Source of the DNA: an uncultured Poribacteria bacterium
Lineage (GTDB): Bacteria; Poribacteria; WGA-4E; WGA-3G
DNA length: 64,000 nt
Direction: 5' to 3'
NCBI GenBank assembly: GCA_951813565.1
Contig: OX638351.1
Span: 736,001 to 800,000 of the forward strand
Shown here one piece after another: positions 61,801 through 64,000 of the stretch (its first letter is position 1; the number at the start of each line of letters is the position of its first letter). The notes under the pieces are model-generated. The model was not told the origin of the DNA. It made no database searches and saw only the letters and a list, made by a program, of their open reading frames with translations. A program made the position numbers and the translations under genes.

Positions 61801-64000
61801 CCATCTTCTCAATAAAGAGATTTTTGAGGTTATTTTTAATGACAACACACAACATATCGGTGGCATTCTCGCCGAAGCGAAGACACAATTTCTGATTAAC
61901 TTCCCGGGATTCCTTGATCTTACGGAAGTTTTTACCCTTTTCGGTGATCCAGCGACTCGGTTGAGATTGCCGCACACGCAGATGCAAGTCACAGTTGATT
62001 TAGATGAGACATCTGATCCGGAAAATTTCAAAACAGAAACATTACTATCTATTTCTGGAACGCTACCTAACCCCGATTTTAGTGGAGATGCCGAGATTAC
62101 TGTGCTTCCGAATCCGCCAGACAGAAGCATAAAAAAGAAACGTTCAAGTCGTAATCCTCCGGATATGGTTGTTCGTCGTTCTATAGACGACGAACCTCGT
62201 ATGGAAACTGTGTCGGTGATTGATGGAAAGTTCGAAACACAAATACGGATTCCTTACAATAGCGCATTTGATGCGCTGAAGTTGAGAGTTTACGCGTGGA
62301 ATGCTGAAGAAGACGCAATTGGATATATGGATTATACCCCTCTTGATCGATACATCAAAAACGTCCGTCTTGAACCTTATCCTGTTGCCCCCGCCCAACC
62401 TGTCCATATTTATGCTGAGGCAGTTAATCCAAGTGTAATTGACGAAATAACCCTCTATTGGAGTTTTTTTGTCATAGAAGATCGTCGTACAGAGGCAGAT
62501 GCAATCCCGATGGTTTTACACGAAGGAAGTACCTACAGAACTGAACAACCTATCCCCGCGCATCTATCAGGTGACCTAATTGATTACTATCTACTTGTCA
62601 AACCGAAGGATGGGCGTATTCTTCACACAAAGGTTGTTACCTATGAAGTTGGTGAAGCGGATCTCACCGTTTTAGAACATACTATCAACTGGAATTCCGC
62701 TGCACCTTTCTTGCTTTCCGCGCAAATTAGAAACCGCGGTTCTCTTCATGCCAAAAACGTGCCTGTCCGCTTTTTTCAGATGCGCGTGACTGATGGTTCA
62801 GAAACGCAAGAAGTAACACTTGAGGCACTCCAGAACGCGACACCTATTGGAGAGGAACAGATTATCTCTGAAGTTCCTCCCGACGGTTCTGTTGTAGCGA
62901 GTGTCCCTTGGCAACCTGCCCTGGGTACATACCTTGTAACAGTATTTGTAGACATGCCGTCGGAAGAACAACCGAATGGTATTCTTGCTGAATTTAGGGA
63001 ACACAATAACAGCGCATCACGGCAATTTATTAATAACCAACTCTTCCTTACTCCCGATAGTCTTAATACGCCGATTCAGAGCGCAGATGGCGTTTTTCGT
63101 ATAACTCTACCGCCAGAGAGCCTGCAAACACATCCAATGATGACGTTTGAAACGGAAGAATTGACTATTACGAACCAACCAGATATAACACCTATTCCCA
63201 CAACAATTGAACAAGCTGTGCCTCTTGCCTATCGCCTTAACTTCAGTCAACAAACTGAATTGACAGGGACAGCAACGTTCATGAACACAACGGGTGCGGA
63301 CTCGCATATCTATATGCGTGACGATGAAACAGGGAATTGGATTCGGGTTGGAAAGCAGAAAGATAACGGTGAAATAATTTCCGCGGAAGTTAAACTACCG
63401 GGGACGTTCGCACTGCTCTCCTACACAGATTCTCACCCACCAACATTGGAATTAACCGTTGAAAATCAGGGATTCATTGATGGTGATTACATCTCCGATA
63501 TGCCCACTATTTCTGCGAGAATAGAAGACGCAAATGGTATTGATCCTCGGCCCGAGAATATCATTCTCACCAAAAATGGTAACCGCGTCCCACAAGACGA
63601 GTACATAGTATCCGCTTCTCCTACAAGTAGCAACGTCCTCCTGATAACCTATTCCCCGGTTGATACGCTGCAAGCAGGTGAGTACCGAATTCGGTTACAG
63701 GCTCAGGATGCAAATGGTAATGTCGCAGACACCGATCGGACAGCAAGGGTCGCAGGTGGATTTGAAATAAAAAACATCGCTAATTTTCCAAACCCGTTCC
63801 GTTCTGGACAAGGCACTGGAAAAGGGACAGACTTCGCCTATTATCTAACAGAAAGTGCGGATAAAGTTACCCTCAAGATTTACACACTTACCGGCAAACT
63901 TATCACTACTATTGATACACTTGACGCGTCTACTTCTTACAACGAATACCATTTCAATGGCTTGGATGCCGATGGTGAACCGCTTGCGAACGGCGTCTAT
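58823..64000 (+). CDS. large secreted C25 (gingipain/PorU-like) cysteine peptidase with propeptide, Ig/CARDB-like domains and C-terminal sorting domain; runs off the window end
   Basis: Manual translation: signal peptide, YKITITESGMYRI, ADYIIIT, IYDEFNHG, YVLLVGD, VNYIGHG (His 61577), SMTCFTG (Cys 61682), NFPNPF...KIYTLTGKLI...LANGVY. All checked segments are in one frame; the start could be 58823-58847. Confidence 0.88.
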   Translation, partial: MFNIMISMMKHITLLTVILLLINIVSFFAVISVEASPVTPNNRSHIRGISHSSGKIELVSATSQGVTIQLAIAESDFEIETQERSGKHFQTLSFPECRFTTEHGTHRLPMQTALIGVPADASFTLRVVESSDFSIYKLQHTLADRSVYFGQHNFNAAAPTSEKVYTTDRFFPHNLAEIRTAGWIRENRVLPIQLNPVQYNPVSGEVRLYHRLVVEVQFNGLGKAPSAFQGFPRPESSIYEEMFGNLLINPQTAKQWRSPVMGEIQGNNVSTVGTLTERSPAFSLPSAPPITSPRYKITITESGMYRIAASDLAAAGVDITTIRPSSLTMSNKGKQIPLLVRRTSSGQSATEDGINSTGFDSNSEIIFFGQRHGGEKTYIDPYSDENVYWLSWNSGPGLRMETKVVSTDTFGRYEPKNFLTRVHFEKDNQFRRFKNFGLAAGSEYQQISDGLQERRFTLTALPELPDDSWFWAQLSAPQVRGFPFTITGVAGTAEKATVRIALHGRSEDVHFTELWLNEDIVLGGPRWEGETEFQFENQQISQSVLKDGRNTISAVNPGGSGLDLIMLNWFEIDYWRTFEANADVLPFSITLLPDDETGNVNPNFKVELKNFSNPNIEIYGIDGTRYVGLSPIEDEDRPGIYNVVFQSSRIGGVSQNRSAVPLDTDIQYIALTSDKYLKPNKIIKDTSSDLSGLHNGADYIIITDTEFMRDVQPLVDFRIQQGMRAKVVDVQNIYDEFNHGISNPYALRDFLKYAYENWQPPAPTYVLLVGDTSPKDKVSFVPTIQVQIPGYGSSASDHQFVTFRGDDSFPDMLIGRVPAANSVDARIFVERTINYENTAEVGPWHKRILMLAGSDKRFHAQTDELIEVRRLPEKYETKLIYAPPTAEDELTLGEGSTPVGRQVIDGFNDGATLVNYIGHGGGGVWSSSRMMDLEDPEKNLTNISRLPFVISMTCFTGEFDSPSGCLAEALLRSESGGAIAVIGGTSIGLLDGDHLLNKEIFEVIFNDNTQHIGGILAEAKTQFLINFPGFLDLTEVFTLFGDPATRLRLPHTQMQVTVDLDETSDPENFKTETLLSISGTLPNPDFSGDAEITVLPNPPDRSIKKKRSSRNPPDMVVRRSIDDEPRMETVSVIDGKFETQIRIPYNSAFDALKLRVYAWNAEEDAIGYMDYTPLDRYIKNVRLEPYPVAPAQPVHIYAEAVNPSVIDEITLYWSFFVIEDRRTEADAIPMVLHEGSTYRTEQPIPAHLSGDLIDYYLLVKPKDGRILHTKVVTYEVGEADLTVLEHTINWNSAAPFLLSAQIRNRGSLHAKNVPVRFFQMRVTDGSETQEVTLEALQNATPIGEEQIISEVPPDGSVVASVPWQPALGTYLVTVFVDMPSEEQPNGILAEFREHNNSASRQFINNQLFLTPDSLNTPIQSADGVFRITLPPESLQTHPMMTFETEELTITNQPDITPIPTTIEQAVPLAYRLNFSQQTELTGTATFMNTTGADSHIYMRDDETGNWIRVGKQKDNGEIISAEVKLPGTFALLSYTDSHPPTLELTVENQGFIDGDYISDMPTISARIEDANGIDPRPENIILTKNGNRVPQDEYIVSASPTSSNVLLITYSPVDTLQAGEYRIRLQAQDANGNVADTDRTARVAGGFEIKNIANFPNPFRSGQGTGKGTDFAYYLTESADKVTLKIYTLTGKLITTIDTLDASTSYNEYHFNGLDADGEPLANGVY

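Overview
About 50 protein genes, three tRNAs and a dense layer of nested non-autonomous repeats. The gene content suggests a Candidatus Poribacteria-like sponge symbiont; this is inference from five Gfo/Idh/MocA paralogues, a sulfatase, a YWTD-repeat protein with a C-terminal sorting domain, an ECF sigma factor fused to a beta-propeller, and BMC vertex genes. Housekeeping content: tRNA-Leu, tRNA-fMet, tRNA-CAU with tilS-hpt, argG, MoxR, a variant Ccm cytochrome c maturation system, korAB, eno-ftsB, hemW, ribD/ribE/ribBA/ribH, hisH and an NtrBC-like pair. Four coding features are missed or truncated by the ORF track: an ISKra4-like transposase (<1..480), a UGA-containing probable selenoprotein (46784..47296), an HNH remnant (53370..53486) and a >1700-aa C25/PorU-like protein (58823..>64000). 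The most unusual signals are three. (1) A ~35-bp AATCAAC-hairpin module occurs 8 times, always inside other repeats, with compensatory stem changes. (2) MITEs and REPs are nested several levels deep, including IS231-like MITEs with 19-bp target duplications. (3) A T9SS-like set is present: a PorU-like protease, a PorV-like barrel fused to a lytic transglycosylase, and a CTD-bearing cargo protein. No database searches were run; all family calls come from recognising motifs.
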